DNA of 64,000 nucleotides, from assembly GCA_020353235.1 (NCBI GenBank), contig CP070693.1, forward strand, positions 644,343 to 708,342, given 5' to 3'. Below, one piece after another: positions 35,319 to 46,242 of this stretch; within the stretch, counting starts at the first letter, position 1, and each line of letters begins with the position of its first letter. Below the pieces are notes generated by a model. The model saw only the letters and a program-made list of their open reading frames with translations, did no database searches and was not told the origin of the DNA. The stretch comes from Dehalococcoidia bacterium. Lineage in GTDB: Bacteria > Chloroflexota > Dehalococcoidia > Dehalococcoidales > JAUYDJ01. The position numbers were made by a program, and so were the translations under genes.

Positions 35319-36530
35319 ATGCCAGATAAAGTAGTACTGGCTTATAGCGGAGGACTGGATACCTCAGTAGCCATACGGTGGCTTCAGGAGAAATATAATC
35401 TGGAGGTCATCGCCGTTACCGTGGACGTGGGTAACGAGCGTGACTTTTCTCTGGTTCAGCAGAAAGCGTGTAACGCCGGCGCCACCAAAGCGCTGGTGCA
35501 GGATGCCAAAAAAGCGTTTGTCGACCATTTTATCTTCCCGGCGCTAAAGGCAGACGCCCTCTACGAGGGACATTACCCGCTGGCCACTGCCCTGTCCCGA
35601 CCCCTGATTGCCCAGATTCTGGTAGACGTTGCCCGGGCGGAGAAAGCCACCGCCGTGGCTCACGGGTGCACCGGTAAGGGTAACGACCAGGTAAGAATCG
35701 AGGTCAGTGTCAATGCGCTGGCGCCCGACCTCAAGGTGATTGCCCCGGCCCGGGAATGGGATATGACGCGGGAGGAAAGCATCAGCTACGCCCAGCGCTT
35801 TAATATCCCGGTGCCGACTACCGTTGACAGCCCCTATTCTATTGATGAGAACCTCTGGGGGAGGAGTATTGAGTGTGGGGTTCTGGAAGACCCCTGGGTT
35901 GAGCCGCCGGAAGATGTGTTTACCCTGACCAAATCGCCAGCCAAGACCCCTGACAAGCCGAGCTATGTCGAGATTGGCTTCGAGCAGGGGGTTCCGGTAA
36001 CTATCGACGGCAAGAAGATGGACGGCGTTAGCCTGATTCAGCGACTGAGCAAGCTGGCCGGTGGGCATGGTGTCGGTCGGGTTGACCATTTAGAAAACAG
36101 GCTGGTGGGCATAAAGTCGAGGGAGATTTATGAAGCCCCCGCCGCCACCGTGCTGCTTCAGACACACCAAGCGCTGGAGGCGATAACCCTGTCTAAAGAG
36201 CAACTGCGCTTCAAACAGAAAGTAGCCACAGAGTATGCCGACCTGATCTATAACGGCCTGTGGTTCAGCTCGCTGCACCGCGATTTAGCCGCCTACGTCA
36301 AGAGCTCCCAGCGCTACGTCAGCGGGGCAGTCAGACTGAAGCTGTTCAAGGGGAGCTCGGCGGTGGTCGGCCGGAAGTCGCCCTTTTCCCTGTACCGCCA
36401 CAGTCTGGCCACCTATGATAAGGGTGATGAGTTTGACCGGAAGGCTGCCCCCGGTTTTATCCAGATATGGGGGCTGCCGGTCCGGACGCAGGCAGAGATA
36501 CAGCCCACCAAGCTAGTAGAGGAAGATTAA
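35319..36530 (+). CDS. argG: Argininosuccinate synthase ArgG
   Basis: KVVLAYSGGLDTS ATP-PPase P-loop, AHGCTGKGNDQVR and ENRLVGIKSREIYE. ATG 35319 has a GGAGG SD. Confidence 0.95.
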   Translation: MPDKVVLAYSGGLDTSVAIRWLQEKYNLEVIAVTVDVGNERDFSLVQQKACNAGATKALVQDAKKAFVDHFIFPALKADALYEGHYPLATALSRPLIAQILVDVARAEKATAVAHGCTGKGNDQVRIEVSVNALAPDLKVIAPAREWDMTREESISYAQRFNIPVPTTVDSPYSIDENLWGRSIECGVLEDPWVEPPEDVFTLTKSPAKTPDKPSYVEIGFEQGVPVTIDGKKMDGVSLIQRLSKLAGGHGVGRVDHLENRLVGIKSREIYEAPAATVLLQTHQALEAITLSKEQLRFKQKVATEYADLIYNGLWFSSLHRDLAAYVKSSQRYVSGAVRLKLFKGSSAVVGRKSPFSLYRHSLATYDKGDEFDRKAAPGFIQIWGLPVRTQAEIQPTKLVEED

Positions 36531-36531
36531 T

Positions 36532-37908
36532 ATGAGCCATATTCGAGGTCGCCTGAACAAGGCAGTCGATAAATTAGTCAATAAATATACCGCTTCTATC
36601 CCTTTTGACTGGCGCCTGTATCAACACGATATCGCCGGCAGCATTGCCCACGCCAAGATGCTCGCCAGACAGGGCATCATTGCCCCCAAAGAGGCGGAGA
36701 GCATTGTTTCGGGGCTGAAGGCAATCAAAGACGAGATAGAGCAGGGCAAGTTCCAGTTCAAGCCTGAGCTGGAGGACATCCACCTCAATATTGAAGCCGG
36801 CCTGATGGATAAAATCGGCGAGGCGGGGGGAAAGCTCCATACCGCCCGCTCCCGAAACGACCAGGTAGCGCTGGACCTGCGCATGTGGGCCAAAGAGGCC
36901 ATTGCCGAGACCCGTAACAAGCTGAGGGGACTGCAGCGGGCGCTGCTTGACCTGGCCGAAGCCAATAAAGAGGTGGCTATGCCCGGCTACACCCACCTGC
37001 AACCGGCCCAGCCGGTGCTGCTGGCCCATCACCTTCTGGCCTATTTTGAGATGCTGCAACGGGACATTGACCGCTTTGGCGACTGCCTGAAGCGCACCGA
37101 TGTTATGCCCCTGGGCAGCGGGGCACTAGCCGGGGTCGGCTATAACATTGACCGGGAGTTTCTCGCCGGGGAGCTGGGCTTCAGCGAGATAAGCCAGAAC
37201 AGCCTGGATGCGATCTCGGATAGGGACTTTGTCATTGAATATGAAGCCGCCGCCAGTCTGGGTATGATGCACCTCTCCCGACTGGCTGAGGAGATTATTC
37301 TATGGTCATCGGCTGAGTTTAATTTCATTGAGCTTGACGACGCCTATGCCACCACTTCCAGCATCATGCCCCAGAAGAAGAACCCCGATGTCGCCGAGCT
37401 AGTCCGGGGCAAGACGGGGCGCCTCTACGGTCACCTGACGGCCATGCTGACCACTATGAAAGCCCTCCCCCTGGCCTACAACCGGGATATGCAGGAGGAC
37501 AAGGAGGGCTTCTTTGACAGTGCCGATACCCTGCTGGCTACCCTGGAGGTAGTGACCGGTATAATTAAGACCATACGGGTTAAAAAGGAAAATATGAAGC
37601 AGGCGACCCAGCGCGGTTACCTGCTGGCTACCGACCTAGCCGATTATCTGGTCGGCAAGGGGGAGCCCTTCCGCAGTGCCCATAACATCATGGGTAAGCT
37701 GGTGAGCTACGCGGTGCAAAGGGGCAAAGCGCTTAACGAGCTCAGTCTGGCGGAATACAAGCAGTTTTCGCCATTATTTGGTGAAGATGCCAAGTCTATT
37801 ACCACCGAAACGTCTATCGCCGCCCGGGATAATACTGGCGGCACGGCACCGAAACAGGTAAATAAAGCCCTGGCTCGGGCGAGAAAAATAGTAAGCGGGG
37901 GTAGTTAG
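36532..37908 (+). CDS. argH: Argininosuccinate lyase ArgH
   Basis: Fumarase/aspartase family: TARSRNDQV, GYTHLQPAQP and SSIMPQKKNPD (signature loop). Confidence 0.95.
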   Translation: MSHIRGRLNKAVDKLVNKYTASIPFDWRLYQHDIAGSIAHAKMLARQGIIAPKEAESIVSGLKAIKDEIEQGKFQFKPELEDIHLNIEAGLMDKIGEAGGKLHTARSRNDQVALDLRMWAKEAIAETRNKLRGLQRALLDLAEANKEVAMPGYTHLQPAQPVLLAHHLLAYFEMLQRDIDRFGDCLKRTDVMPLGSGALAGVGYNIDREFLAGELGFSEISQNSLDAISDRDFVIEYEAAASLGMMHLSRLAEEIILWSSAEFNFIELDDAYATTSSIMPQKKNPDVAELVRGKTGRLYGHLTAMLTTMKALPLAYNRDMQEDKEGFFDSADTLLATLEVVTGIIKTIRVKKENMKQATQRGYLLATDLADYLVGKGEPFRSAHNIMGKLVSYAVQRGKALNELSLAEYKQFSPLFGEDAKSITTETSIAARDNTGGTAPKQVNKALARARKIVSGGS

Positions 37909-38112
37909 TTAAGCTGAAGTGGAGGGCAGCTTACGGGCTAACTTGTGCTGGCTACGCAGGCACCTAGTGCACAGGTTGAGCTTCTGGGGCTGACCGTCTA
38001 TTACCAAGGTAACCGGGTGAATATTGGGCACCCAACGACGATTAGTGTGTCGTTTGGAGTGACTGACATTATGACCGAATTGAGGGGTTTTCCCACACAA
38101 ATCACACTTCAA
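37909..38112 (-). CDS. rpmB: 50S ribosomal protein L28
   Basis: MKCDLCGKTPQFGHNVSHSKRHTNRRWVPNI... is the L28 signature. TTG start after GGGAGA. Confidence 0.9.
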   Translation of the reverse strand: MKCDLCGKTPQFGHNVSHSKRHTNRRWVPNIHPVTLVIDGQPQKLNLCTRCLRSQHKLARKLPSTSA

Positions 38113-38243
38113 TTAGCTTTTCTCCCTTGAGTATTGATTTATGGTAAAATACGCTATAATACTACCACAAGCCAGCAGAGTCTGGCAAGGATAACGGGAA
38201 AAGTAAAACCGGGCGGGTTAGTAACCATAAGGATGGTACCAAA

Positions 38244-39875
38244 ATGAAGAAAATTAACACCGCTAACGGGCAAGACCTGAGGGAAATGTTTGCTGCCGCC
38301 ACTACCTGGCTGGAGAAGAATGCGGTTGATATTGATGCCCTGAACGTCTTCCCGGTACCTGATGGTGATACTGGCACCAACATGCTGCTTACCATGCGCT
38401 CGGTCATTGATGAAGCCTACCGTGCCCCCGACCGCAGCGCCTCGGCAGTGTCTCAGGCAATGGCCAAAGGGGCGCTGATGGGCGCCCGGGGCAACAGCGG
38501 GGTGATTCTGTCGCAGATTTACCGCGGTCTGGCCGAGGGACTGGCCGATAAAGAATCATTCAGCGGTAAAGACCTAGCTACCGCCCTGCTACAGTCATCG
38601 ATACTGGCTTATAAGGGACTGAGCCAGCCCGTTGAGGGGACTATTCTCACCGTGATCAAGGACACCGCGGCGGCGGCTCAATCCCAAGCAGGCGGTGCCC
38701 AGAATGACCTGATATCGGTCATCGAGGCGTCGGTTGATGCCGCCAGTGAATCAGTAGCCAATACCCCCAAGCTTCTCGCCGTGTTAAGAGATGCCGGCGT
38801 GGTGGATGCCGGCGGTCAGGGGCTTTACACCATTCTAGAGGGGGCGCTTCATTACCTCAAGGGTGAAATGGAGCAGATACAGCTGCGCAAGCCACAGATA
38901 ATCGTCAGTGACGTTCACCCGACCAAGCTCCCCGAGATGATTGCCGATGAAGAGGTGCCCTACGGCTACTGTACCGAGTTCATGCTTAAGGGGGAGAAGC
39001 TCAACCCGGACAAGATAAGAGCCAAACTGGAGAAGAAGGGCGAATCGCTGATTGTGGTCGGTGATGAATCTACGGTCAGGATTCACATTCACACCCTGGA
39101 GCCGGGCAATGTTATTCGCTATGTCACCTCCCTAGGCACGATGCACCGGGTAAACATCCGCAATATGGACGAGCAGCACCAAGACTACGTGGAAATGCAG
39201 AAAGAAAGAATGCCCGAAATTGATGTCGCTATCGTAGCGGTGGCTTCCGGCGATGGGCTGGCCGAGGTCTTCAAGAGCCTGGGGGCAGCCGCCATTGTCC
39301 CCGGCGGACAGACCATGAACCCGAGCACCAAAGACATATTTCAGGCAGTAGAGACAGTGCCTTCGGATAAGTTTATCATTCTACCCAACAATAAAAATAT
39401 CGTGGCTACCGCCCAGCAGGTGCAATCCCTGACCGAGAAAAAAATCAAAGTGGTGCCCACCGAGACAATTCCGCAGGGAGTAGCCACGCTGCTCGCCTTT
39501 GACTACGAGGCTGACTTTGAAACCAATGCCCGCCTGATGAACCAGGCAAAGGCAACGGTGAAGTCCGTTGAAATTACCCGTGCCACCCGCTCCACTAAAA
39601 TAGGCGGCCTTGATATCAAGAAGAAACAGGCTATCGGTCTCCTCGATGGGAAGCTAATAGCCGCTGGTAAAGACCCCACCGATGTGCTCAACCAGGTACT
39701 GGCCAAGCTCAATCTGGATGAAGCTGAGGTGATTACCATCTACTACGGGGCTAACACCAAGCCGGAAGAAGCCAAAGCGGCCAGCACCCAAATCCAGGCA
39801 CAACACCCGCAGCTTCAGATTGAAGTCGTCCACGGTGGTCAGCCTCACTACAACTACATTGTTTCTGTAGAGTAG
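38244..39875 (+). CDS. DAK2-domain fusion protein (YloV-like)
   Basis: N-terminal DAK2 domain (LNVFPVPDGDTGTNM, GARGNSGVILSQ) plus a C-terminal DegV-like/uncharacterised half. The rpmB / yloV-like gene / recG neighbourhood is conserved in many bacteria. Confidence 0.85.
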   Translation: MKKINTANGQDLREMFAAATTWLEKNAVDIDALNVFPVPDGDTGTNMLLTMRSVIDEAYRAPDRSASAVSQAMAKGALMGARGNSGVILSQIYRGLAEGLADKESFSGKDLATALLQSSILAYKGLSQPVEGTILTVIKDTAAAAQSQAGGAQNDLISVIEASVDAASESVANTPKLLAVLRDAGVVDAGGQGLYTILEGALHYLKGEMEQIQLRKPQIIVSDVHPTKLPEMIADEEVPYGYCTEFMLKGEKLNPDKIRAKLEKKGESLIVVGDESTVRIHIHTLEPGNVIRYVTSLGTMHRVNIRNMDEQHQDYVEMQKERMPEIDVAIVAVASGDGLAEVFKSLGAAAIVPGGQTMNPSTKDIFQAVETVPSDKFIILPNNKNIVATAQQVQSLTEKKIKVVPTETIPQGVATLLAFDYEADFETNARLMNQAKATVKSVEITRATRSTKIGGLDIKKKQAIGLLDGKLIAAGKDPTDVLNQVLAKLNLDEAEVITIYYGANTKPEEAKAASTQIQAQHPQLQIEVVHGGQPHYNYIVSVE

Positions 39876-39880
39876 CTTCA

Positions 39881-40720
39881 ATGACGGTCAAGATTGTCAC
39901 CGACAGCGTCTGTGACTTCCCGCATGGGGTGGCCAAAGAGCTGGGAATTAGCGTCGTTCCACTTAATGTCCGCTTTGGTGACGAGGTCTACCGCGACGGT
40001 ATTGACATGACCGCCGAAGAGTTCTACCGCCGGCTCCAGTATGACAAAATCCTGCCGGTTACCTCAGTACCGACGCCGGCGACCTTTGCTGAGATATATG
40101 ATAAGGTGGCCGAGGAAACCGATGAAATCCTGGCCATCATGCTTACCTCCAAGCTCAGCGGTACCTATCAGGTAGCCGTGCAGAGTGTCGGCCTGATGAA
40201 GCGGAAATGCCGGGTTGAGGTGATTGATTCCGGATTGGCGGTGATGGCACAGGGGATGGTGGTTATTACCGCCGCCCGGGCGGCTCAGGCTGGAGCCAGC
40301 TTTGACGAGGTAATGGATATCACCCGCCGCAACCTGAAGCGAGCCGATATGCGGGCTGCTTTTGATACCCTGGAGTATCTCAGAAGAGGCGGGCGCATCG
40401 GTGCCGCCCAGGCTTTTCTGGGCTCGGTGCTCAAGATAAACCCGATAATAATGCTGAAAGATGGCGTGGTCCAGCCAGCAGGTAAAGAGCGCTCCTGGTC
40501 TAAAATAATCGATTACCTCACCAGATTTGTGACCAGCCATTCTTGTATCGAAGAGATGGCCATAGAGGACGCCATGTGTCCCGACGATGCCGAATTGCTG
40601 GCGGAACGGGTTAGCCCCCACTTCCCTAAAGAGCGCATCTTTCGTTCCAAGACCGGCCCGGTCATCGGTACCCATACCGGCCCCCATACCTTGGTGGTAT
40701 CAGTGCTGGGCGATAAGTAG
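39881..40720 (+). CDS. DegV-family fatty-acid-binding protein
   Basis: KIVTDSVCDFP..., TSVPTPATF, SKLSGTYQ and LEYLRRGGRIG are DegV motifs. Confidence 0.9.
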   Translation: MTVKIVTDSVCDFPHGVAKELGISVVPLNVRFGDEVYRDGIDMTAEEFYRRLQYDKILPVTSVPTPATFAEIYDKVAEETDEILAIMLTSKLSGTYQVAVQSVGLMKRKCRVEVIDSGLAVMAQGMVVITAARAAQAGASFDEVMDITRRNLKRADMRAAFDTLEYLRRGGRIGAAQAFLGSVLKINPIIMLKDGVVQPAGKERSWSKIIDYLTRFVTSHSCIEEMAIEDAMCPDDAELLAERVSPHFPKERIFRSKTGPVIGTHTGPHTLVVSVLGDK

Positions 40721-40756
40721 CCGCCATCAGCCGAGGCGAACAGAGGCAAGGTCCGG

Positions 40757-43201
40757 GTGATAAATACCGAATCACTGCGCAAAATTCTTGAGCTTGAGCA
40801 CCAGAAAGGCTACCAGGATTCAGCCGTAATCGGTGGCCTTGACCAGCTGCTGCGCAACTGGGCCAGCCAGGCGGCGGCATCACTCAACCAGCCCAGACTG
40901 CTGAAACGCTTTCAGAGCCTTAAACTGGCTAAATCCAGATACGCCTCCCTGACCAAACCCCGGCGCAAGGAATGGGTCCAGAGCCTGCTCGACTTTCTGT
41001 TCGAGTTTGAACAGGGACAGGTGGCCAAGAGCGCCGCCAAGCCACCGCCCCCAATCAGCCGACCGCCATCAAGGCCACGGGTAAGCGCGGTCAGCCAGTC
41101 CCTAGATGCGGCTATTACCGGCATTCACGGCATTAGCTCCACCCTGGCAGCCAAGTTCGGCAAGCTGGGGGTGAAAACAATCCGTGACCTGCTTTACTTC
41201 TTCCCCCGCCGCCACCTTGACTACAGCCAGCGCAAGTTTATCTCCCAGCTCACCGAGGGCGACGAACAGACCATTATGGCCAATGTCTGGGAGGCAAAGC
41301 TGGTTATGCTCGGCGGGCGGCGCAGCACCGAGGCTATCGTTGGCGATGAGACCGGTAATATCCGGGTAGTCTGGTTCAATAACCCCTACCTGGTCAAGAC
41401 GCTAACGCCCAATACCCGGCTGGTTATCAGCGGCCGGGTGAGCCTGTTTGGTGGCCGATATGTCTTTGAATCCCCGGAATGGGAGCTGGCTGAGGATAAA
41501 GAATTAATTCATACCGGGCGCCTGATTCCACTCTACCCGCTGACTCAGGGACTGAGACCGCGCCAGGTGAGAAAACTGATGAAAGAGGTGGTTGACCAGT
41601 GGGCGTGGCAGGTAGCCGATTTCCTGCCGCCGGAGCTGAGCAAGCGCTGTAACCTGCTGGAGCTACCCCAGGCGATAAGCCAGGCCCACTACCCCGATGA
41701 TGAGACCGCCATCGATAGCGCCCGCACCCGCCTCGCCTTTGATGAGCTCTTTCTCCTCCAGCTGGGGGTGCTGGGGCGAAAACGGGACTGGCAGGAGGGC
41801 CAGCCGGGCAACCCGCTTAACACCCAGAACGAGGTACTGGACAATTTTCTTAATTCCCTGCCCTTTGCCCTGACCCCGGCGCAGCAGCGCGTGCTCAAGG
41901 AGATACTGGCTGATTTACCCCGAACACAGCCGATGTCCCGTCTGCTCCAGGGGGAGGTCGGCAGCGGCAAGACGGTGGTCGCCACCGCCGCCCTGATTAT
42001 GGCGGCGGCTAATAGCTATCAGGGGGCATTTATGGCGCCCACCGAGATTCTGGCCGAGCAGCACTTCACCAATGTCTGCCACCTCCTTTCCCGGGCCGGC
42101 CAAGAAGAAGCCGGGGAGGACTACTGGCGCCGCTACGGCGGGCTTTTAGCTCAGCCGCTTACCGTGGCACTGCTCATCGGTGATATTACCCAGGCCAAGA
42201 AGCTGGGGCTGCAGCAGCAAATCCAGTCGGGTGAGATAGACATTATTATCGGCACTCACGCCCTGATTCAGAAGGGGGTTGAGTTTAAGAAGCTGGGGCT
42301 GGCGGTGGTGGATGAGCAGCACCGCTTTGGTGTTGCCCAGCGCTCGGCGCTGCGGCAGAAGGGCTTCAGTCCCCATGTGCTGGTAATGACGGCGACACCC
42401 ATCCCCCGGACTCTGGCCCTGACCCTCTACGGCGACCTTGATTTATCGGTTATTGACCAGCTCCCCCCGGGCAGGCAGGAAATAAAGACAAAGTGGCTCC
42501 ACCCCGCCCAGCGGGAGAAAGCCTACACTTTCATCCGCCGCCAGGTGGCCGGCGGCCGCCAGGCCTTTATCATCTGCCCCCTGGTTGAGGAATCAGAGGC
42601 AATTCAGGCCAAGGCGGCTGTTGCCGAATACAAGCGCTTAGCAGAAGAAGTCTTCCCCGAGCTGAAGCTGGGCCTGCTCCACGGGCGGATGTCGGCCAGT
42701 GAAAAGGACGAGGTGATGCGCCAGTTCCACGCCGGCACGCTGCATATTCTGGTATCAACCCCGGTGGTTGAGGTGGGCATTGATGTGCCCAACGCCACCG
42801 TAATGCTGATTGAGAGTGCCGACCGCTTCGGTCTCTCCCAGCTGCACCAGTTCCGGGGCAGAGTCGGGCGGGGGGAGGAGCAGAGCTACTGCCTGCTACT
42901 TGCCGAGAACCCGTCCATAGTGGCCAAAGAACGGCTGGATTCCATTGAGAAGATTCAGGACGGCTTCGCCCTGGCCGAAGAGGACCTCAAACTGCGGGGG
43001 CCGGGGGAATTCTTCGGCACCCGCCAGAGCGGATTGCCCGACCTGCGCATGGCCAAGCTCTCTGACATTGCCCTGCTGGAGATGGCGCGTGCCGAAGCCA
43101 TGAAACTCTTTCAGGTAGACCCCACTTTAGCCAAAGCCGAGCATAAGCCGCTGGCGACAGAGCTCGCCCGTGTCTGGCAAAAGGGCAGCGAGCTGAGCTA
43201 G
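40757..43201 (+). CDS. recG: ATP-dependent DNA helicase RecG (long N-terminal extension)
   Basis: Wedge/OB domain, helicase motifs (GEVGSGKTVVA, DEQHRFGV, MTATPIPRT) and the TRG motif region (FRGRVGRG...LRGPGEFFGTRQSG). Confidence 0.95.
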   Translation: MINTESLRKILELEHQKGYQDSAVIGGLDQLLRNWASQAAASLNQPRLLKRFQSLKLAKSRYASLTKPRRKEWVQSLLDFLFEFEQGQVAKSAAKPPPPISRPPSRPRVSAVSQSLDAAITGIHGISSTLAAKFGKLGVKTIRDLLYFFPRRHLDYSQRKFISQLTEGDEQTIMANVWEAKLVMLGGRRSTEAIVGDETGNIRVVWFNNPYLVKTLTPNTRLVISGRVSLFGGRYVFESPEWELAEDKELIHTGRLIPLYPLTQGLRPRQVRKLMKEVVDQWAWQVADFLPPELSKRCNLLELPQAISQAHYPDDETAIDSARTRLAFDELFLLQLGVLGRKRDWQEGQPGNPLNTQNEVLDNFLNSLPFALTPAQQRVLKEILADLPRTQPMSRLLQGEVGSGKTVVATAALIMAAANSYQGAFMAPTEILAEQHFTNVCHLLSRAGQEEAGEDYWRRYGGLLAQPLTVALLIGDITQAKKLGLQQQIQSGEIDIIIGTHALIQKGVEFKKLGLAVVDEQHRFGVAQRSALRQKGFSPHVLVMTATPIPRTLALTLYGDLDLSVIDQLPPGRQEIKTKWLHPAQREKAYTFIRRQVAGGRQAFIICPLVEESEAIQAKAAVAEYKRLAEEVFPELKLGLLHGRMSASEKDEVMRQFHAGTLHILVSTPVVEVGIDVPNATVMLIESADRFGLSQLHQFRGRVGRGEEQSYCLLLAENPSIVAKERLDSIEKIQDGFALAEEDLKLRGPGEFFGTRQSGLPDLRMAKLSDIALLEMARAEAMKLFQVDPTLAKAEHKPLATELARVWQKGSELS

Positions 43202-43203
43202 AC

Positions 43204-44169
43204 TCAGTATAAATGGCAGGCGACCAGATGCCCACCCCCCACATCCTTAAGCACTGGCTCCTCTTGAGAGCAAACCGGCATTACACGGTGGCAGCGGGGG
43301 TGAAAGCGACAGCCGGGTGGTGGATTCAGCGGGGAGGGAACACTGCCCGGCAGCAGGAGGCGGGTCTTTTTTCGGCCCACCTGCGGGATGGCCGATAGCA
43401 ACGCCTCGGTATAGGGGTGAAGGGCATTTTCAAAAATCGGCTTTACCCCGGCCATCTCCGCAATCCGGCCCAGATACATTACCGCAATGCGATGGGATAT
43501 TTCCCGGATTACCGCCAAATCATGGGCAATAAAGAGATAGGCCAGACCAAATTCCTGCCTCAGGTCGAGCATTAAATTCAGGATTTGAGCCTGAACCGAA
43601 ACATCCAGAGCACTGACCGGTTCATCAGCGATAATAAGCCTAGGCTCAACCGCCAGCGCCCGGGCAATGCCAATGCGCTGCCGCTGACCACTGCTGAACT
43701 CATGGGGGTAGCGGGCGGCATGCTGCCCCTCCAGGCCAACCTGCACCAGCATCTCGGCCACTTTTTGTCCCCGCTCCAGCTCATCCCCCAGGCCCTGGAT
43801 GAGCAGCGCCTCGCCAATGCTTCGCCCCACCGTCATCCGCGGGTCAAGCGAGGACTGCGGGTCCTGGAATATAATCTGGACTTCCCTCCGTAACTCTCTC
43901 AATGCCTTTTTGTCCAGCCGGGTGACATCGGTGCCCCGGTAGATGATTTCGCCTTCGGTGGGCTCTTCCAGCCTTAATATTGTCCGGCCCAGAGTGGACT
44001 TACCACAGCCGGATTCACCAACCAAGCCTAAAGTCTCCCCCTCTTTGATAAAGAAAGAGACGCCATCCACCGCCTTGACATCACCCCGATGGCGGGAAAG
44101 CAGCCCGCCGGTGACCGGGTAGTATTTCTTTAAGTCTCTTGCTTCCAGCAGCTTATGGTTCAACATCAC
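43204..44169 (-). CDS. Peptide/nickel ABC transporter ATP-binding protein (OppF/DppF-like)
   Basis: Walker [10 protein letters not shown], signature SSGQRQR, Walker B IIADEP and a C-terminal oligopeptide-type extension with Cys motifs. Confidence 0.9.
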   Translation of the reverse strand: MMLNHKLLEARDLKKYYPVTGGLLSRHRGDVKAVDGVSFFIKEGETLGLVGESGCGKSTLGRTILRLEEPTEGEIIYRGTDVTRLDKKALRELRREVQIIFQDPQSSLDPRMTVGRSIGEALLIQGLGDELERGQKVAEMLVQVGLEGQHAARYPHEFSSGQRQRIGIARALAVEPRLIIADEPVSALDVSVQAQILNLMLDLRQEFGLAYLFIAHDLAVIREISHRIAVMYLGRIAEMAGVKPIFENALHPYTEALLSAIPQVGRKKTRLLLPGSVPSPLNPPPGCRFHPRCHRVMPVCSQEEPVLKDVGGGHLVACHLY

Positions 44170-45158
44170 TTCTTCATTCCCTGAGCAGAATAGAGGTGGC
44201 AGAAAACAGTATGCCCCTTGGTCACGTTAACCGGCGGCGGCTCTTTTTCACGGCAGATAGCCATTGCTTTGGCACAGCGGGGATGGAAGAGGCAACCGCT
44301 CGGTGGGTCAATCAGGCTGGGCACCGTTCCCGGAATGGATTCCAGCCTCTCCCTCTCCTGAGTTATACCCGGCAAACACTTAATCAAACTGGAGGTATAG
44401 GGGTGCTGGAAGATGGGATTGGTCAGCAACTCGGTGACACTAGCTATCTCAACTATTTTACCGGCATACATCACAGCCACCCGGTCACCAATTTCGGAAA
44501 CCAGTCCCATTTCGTGAGTTATAAATAGCAGAGATATCTGGCGGCTTTCTTTCAGCCGCTGAAAAATGTCCAGAATCTGGGCTTTTATGGTCACGTCAAC
44601 CGCGGTGGTTGGCTCGTCAGCAATCAGGATGCGGGGGTCGCAGGACAGGCTCATAGCAATCATCGCCCTCTGTCTCATCCCCCCCGATAGCTGGTGGGGA
44701 TAGTAGCTGGCCGCTTCGTCCGGTGAGGGTATGCCCACCTCTTTCAGCAAATCAATCGCCATTTCCCTTGCCTGGCGATGGCTCTTCTCAGAGTGGAGCT
44801 TTATCTGCTCCACAATCTGGTCACCGATGGTAAACACCGGGTTCAGGGCGGACTGGGCATCCTGAAATATCATGGCGATTTCCCGGCCCCGAATCTGTCT
44901 CATCCGGGCGGGGAGACAGCTGACCAGATTGATACCGTCGTAATTGATTTCACCACCGACTATCCGCCCCGGCGGGCGGTCAACCAGACCCAGAATGGAG
45001 AGCGCGGTTACTGTCTTGCCACAGCCCGATTCACCCACCAGACAGAGACACTCCCCCTTCTTTAGCTCAAAATCAACGTCGTCCACCGCCCGGACAGTAC
45101 CGCGCCGGGTGAAGAAATAGGTCTTTAGGTTTCTAACGCTTAAAATTGTCTCTTTCAT
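44166..45158 (-). CDS. Peptide/nickel ABC transporter ATP-binding protein (OppD/DppD-like)
   Basis: GESGCGKT, LSGGMRQR and LIADEPTTAVD. ATG 45158 (MKETILSV) lies 1 nt after the permease stop. Confidence 0.9.
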   Translation of the reverse strand: MKETILSVRNLKTYFFTRRGTVRAVDDVDFELKKGECLCLVGESGCGKTVTALSILGLVDRPPGRIVGGEINYDGINLVSCLPARMRQIRGREIAMIFQDAQSALNPVFTIGDQIVEQIKLHSEKSHRQAREMAIDLLKEVGIPSPDEAASYYPHQLSGGMRQRAMIAMSLSCDPRILIADEPTTAVDVTIKAQILDIFQRLKESRQISLLFITHEMGLVSEIGDRVAVMYAGKIVEIASVTELLTNPIFQHPYTSSLIKCLPGITQERERLESIPGTVPSLIDPPSGCLFHPRCAKAMAICREKEPPPVNVTKGHTVFCHLYSAQGMKK

Positions 45159-45159
45159 A

Positions 45160-46242
45160 TCACAGGCTGCTCCTCGGGTCGAAGGCATCCCTCAGTCCGT
45201 CACCGACGAAGTTAAAGGCCAAAACAGTCAGGAAGAGCATCACCCCCGGCGCCACCGCCACCCACCAAGCGGTGTCCAGGGTCTGCTGCCCGGCTCTTAA
45301 TACCATTCCCCAGCTGGTCACAGCAGGGTCACCCAGGCCGATAAAGCTCAGGGCAGCTTCAGCCACAATTACCCCCGGAATTGACAGCGTGGCGATGACG
45401 ATAATCAGGCTGATGACATTGGGGACAAGGTGAGTCAGCACAACCCGGCCATCGCTTGCCCCCAGGGCCTTCGCCGCCATGATAAACTCGCGGGTTCTGA
45501 GGGAAAGGGTCTCACTGCGGATTAACCGGGCGGTACCTGTCCAGCCGGTGAGGCCGATAACCAAGACGATGATAGCCAGGTTAGCGCCGAAGATAAAAAC
45601 AATGAGCACCAGGAGCAGAAAGAAGGGGAAGGTCATCATAATATCGGTGAATCTCATCAGAATATTGTCCGTTTTGCCGCCGAAATAGGCGGAGATAACA
45701 CCGATAAGTGTGCCCAGGGCAAGGGCAATGCCGGTCGCCAGCAAGCCGACCTGCAGTGAAACTCCGGCACCGGAAATTATCATGGCCAGCAAGTCTCTCC
45801 CCTTATTATCCGTACCCAGCGGGTGCTGCCAGTCCCCGGTAGCCGTTCTGGTGATAAACTGCCCCGTTTCCAGTTCATAAATCGACTCTTTGAGCGTGAA
45901 ACCAACCGGCGGTATGTTTTTCTCCTCGAAGCTGACCGCCGTCGGGTCAGCGGTTAAAAAGGGACCGATTATAGCCAGCAGTATCAAGAACAGGATGAAG
46001 CCCAGCCCGGCCACCGCCAGCCGGTTTCGCTTGACTCTCTGCCAGTAATAATTAACCAGCCTTCTGCTGGCGTAAAGAGGCGAGATAACATATATGATAA
46101 ATATCCCCCCCAGCGCAATATAGAGGTAAACCAGCGGTTCAACTATCGTTTCGATAACGAAGATATCCAGCAACAGCGTTAAACCAATTAGCAGCGCCGG
46201 CAATATCAGCGCCAGGTTGCGGATGCCGAATCTTTTAGTCAT
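45160..46242 (-). CDS. ABC transporter permease (OppC/DppC-like)
   Basis: Binding-protein-dependent transport inner-membrane component with an EAA-like loop (FIMAAKALGASDGRVVLTHLVPN). Confidence 0.9.
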   Translation of the reverse strand: MTKRFGIRNLALILPALLIGLTLLLDIFVIETIVEPLVYLYIALGGIFIIYVISPLYASRRLVNYYWQRVKRNRLAVAGLGFILFLILLAIIGPFLTADPTAVSFEEKNIPPVGFTLKESIYELETGQFITRTATGDWQHPLGTDNKGRDLLAMIISGAGVSLQVGLLATGIALALGTLIGVISAYFGGKTDNILMRFTDIMMTFPFFLLLVLIVFIFGANLAIIVLVIGLTGWTGTARLIRSETLSLRTREFIMAAKALGASDGRVVLTHLVPNVISLIIVIATLSIPGVIVAEAALSFIGLGDPAVTSWGMVLRAGQQTLDTAWWVAVAPGVMLFLTVLAFNFVGDGLRDAFDPRSSL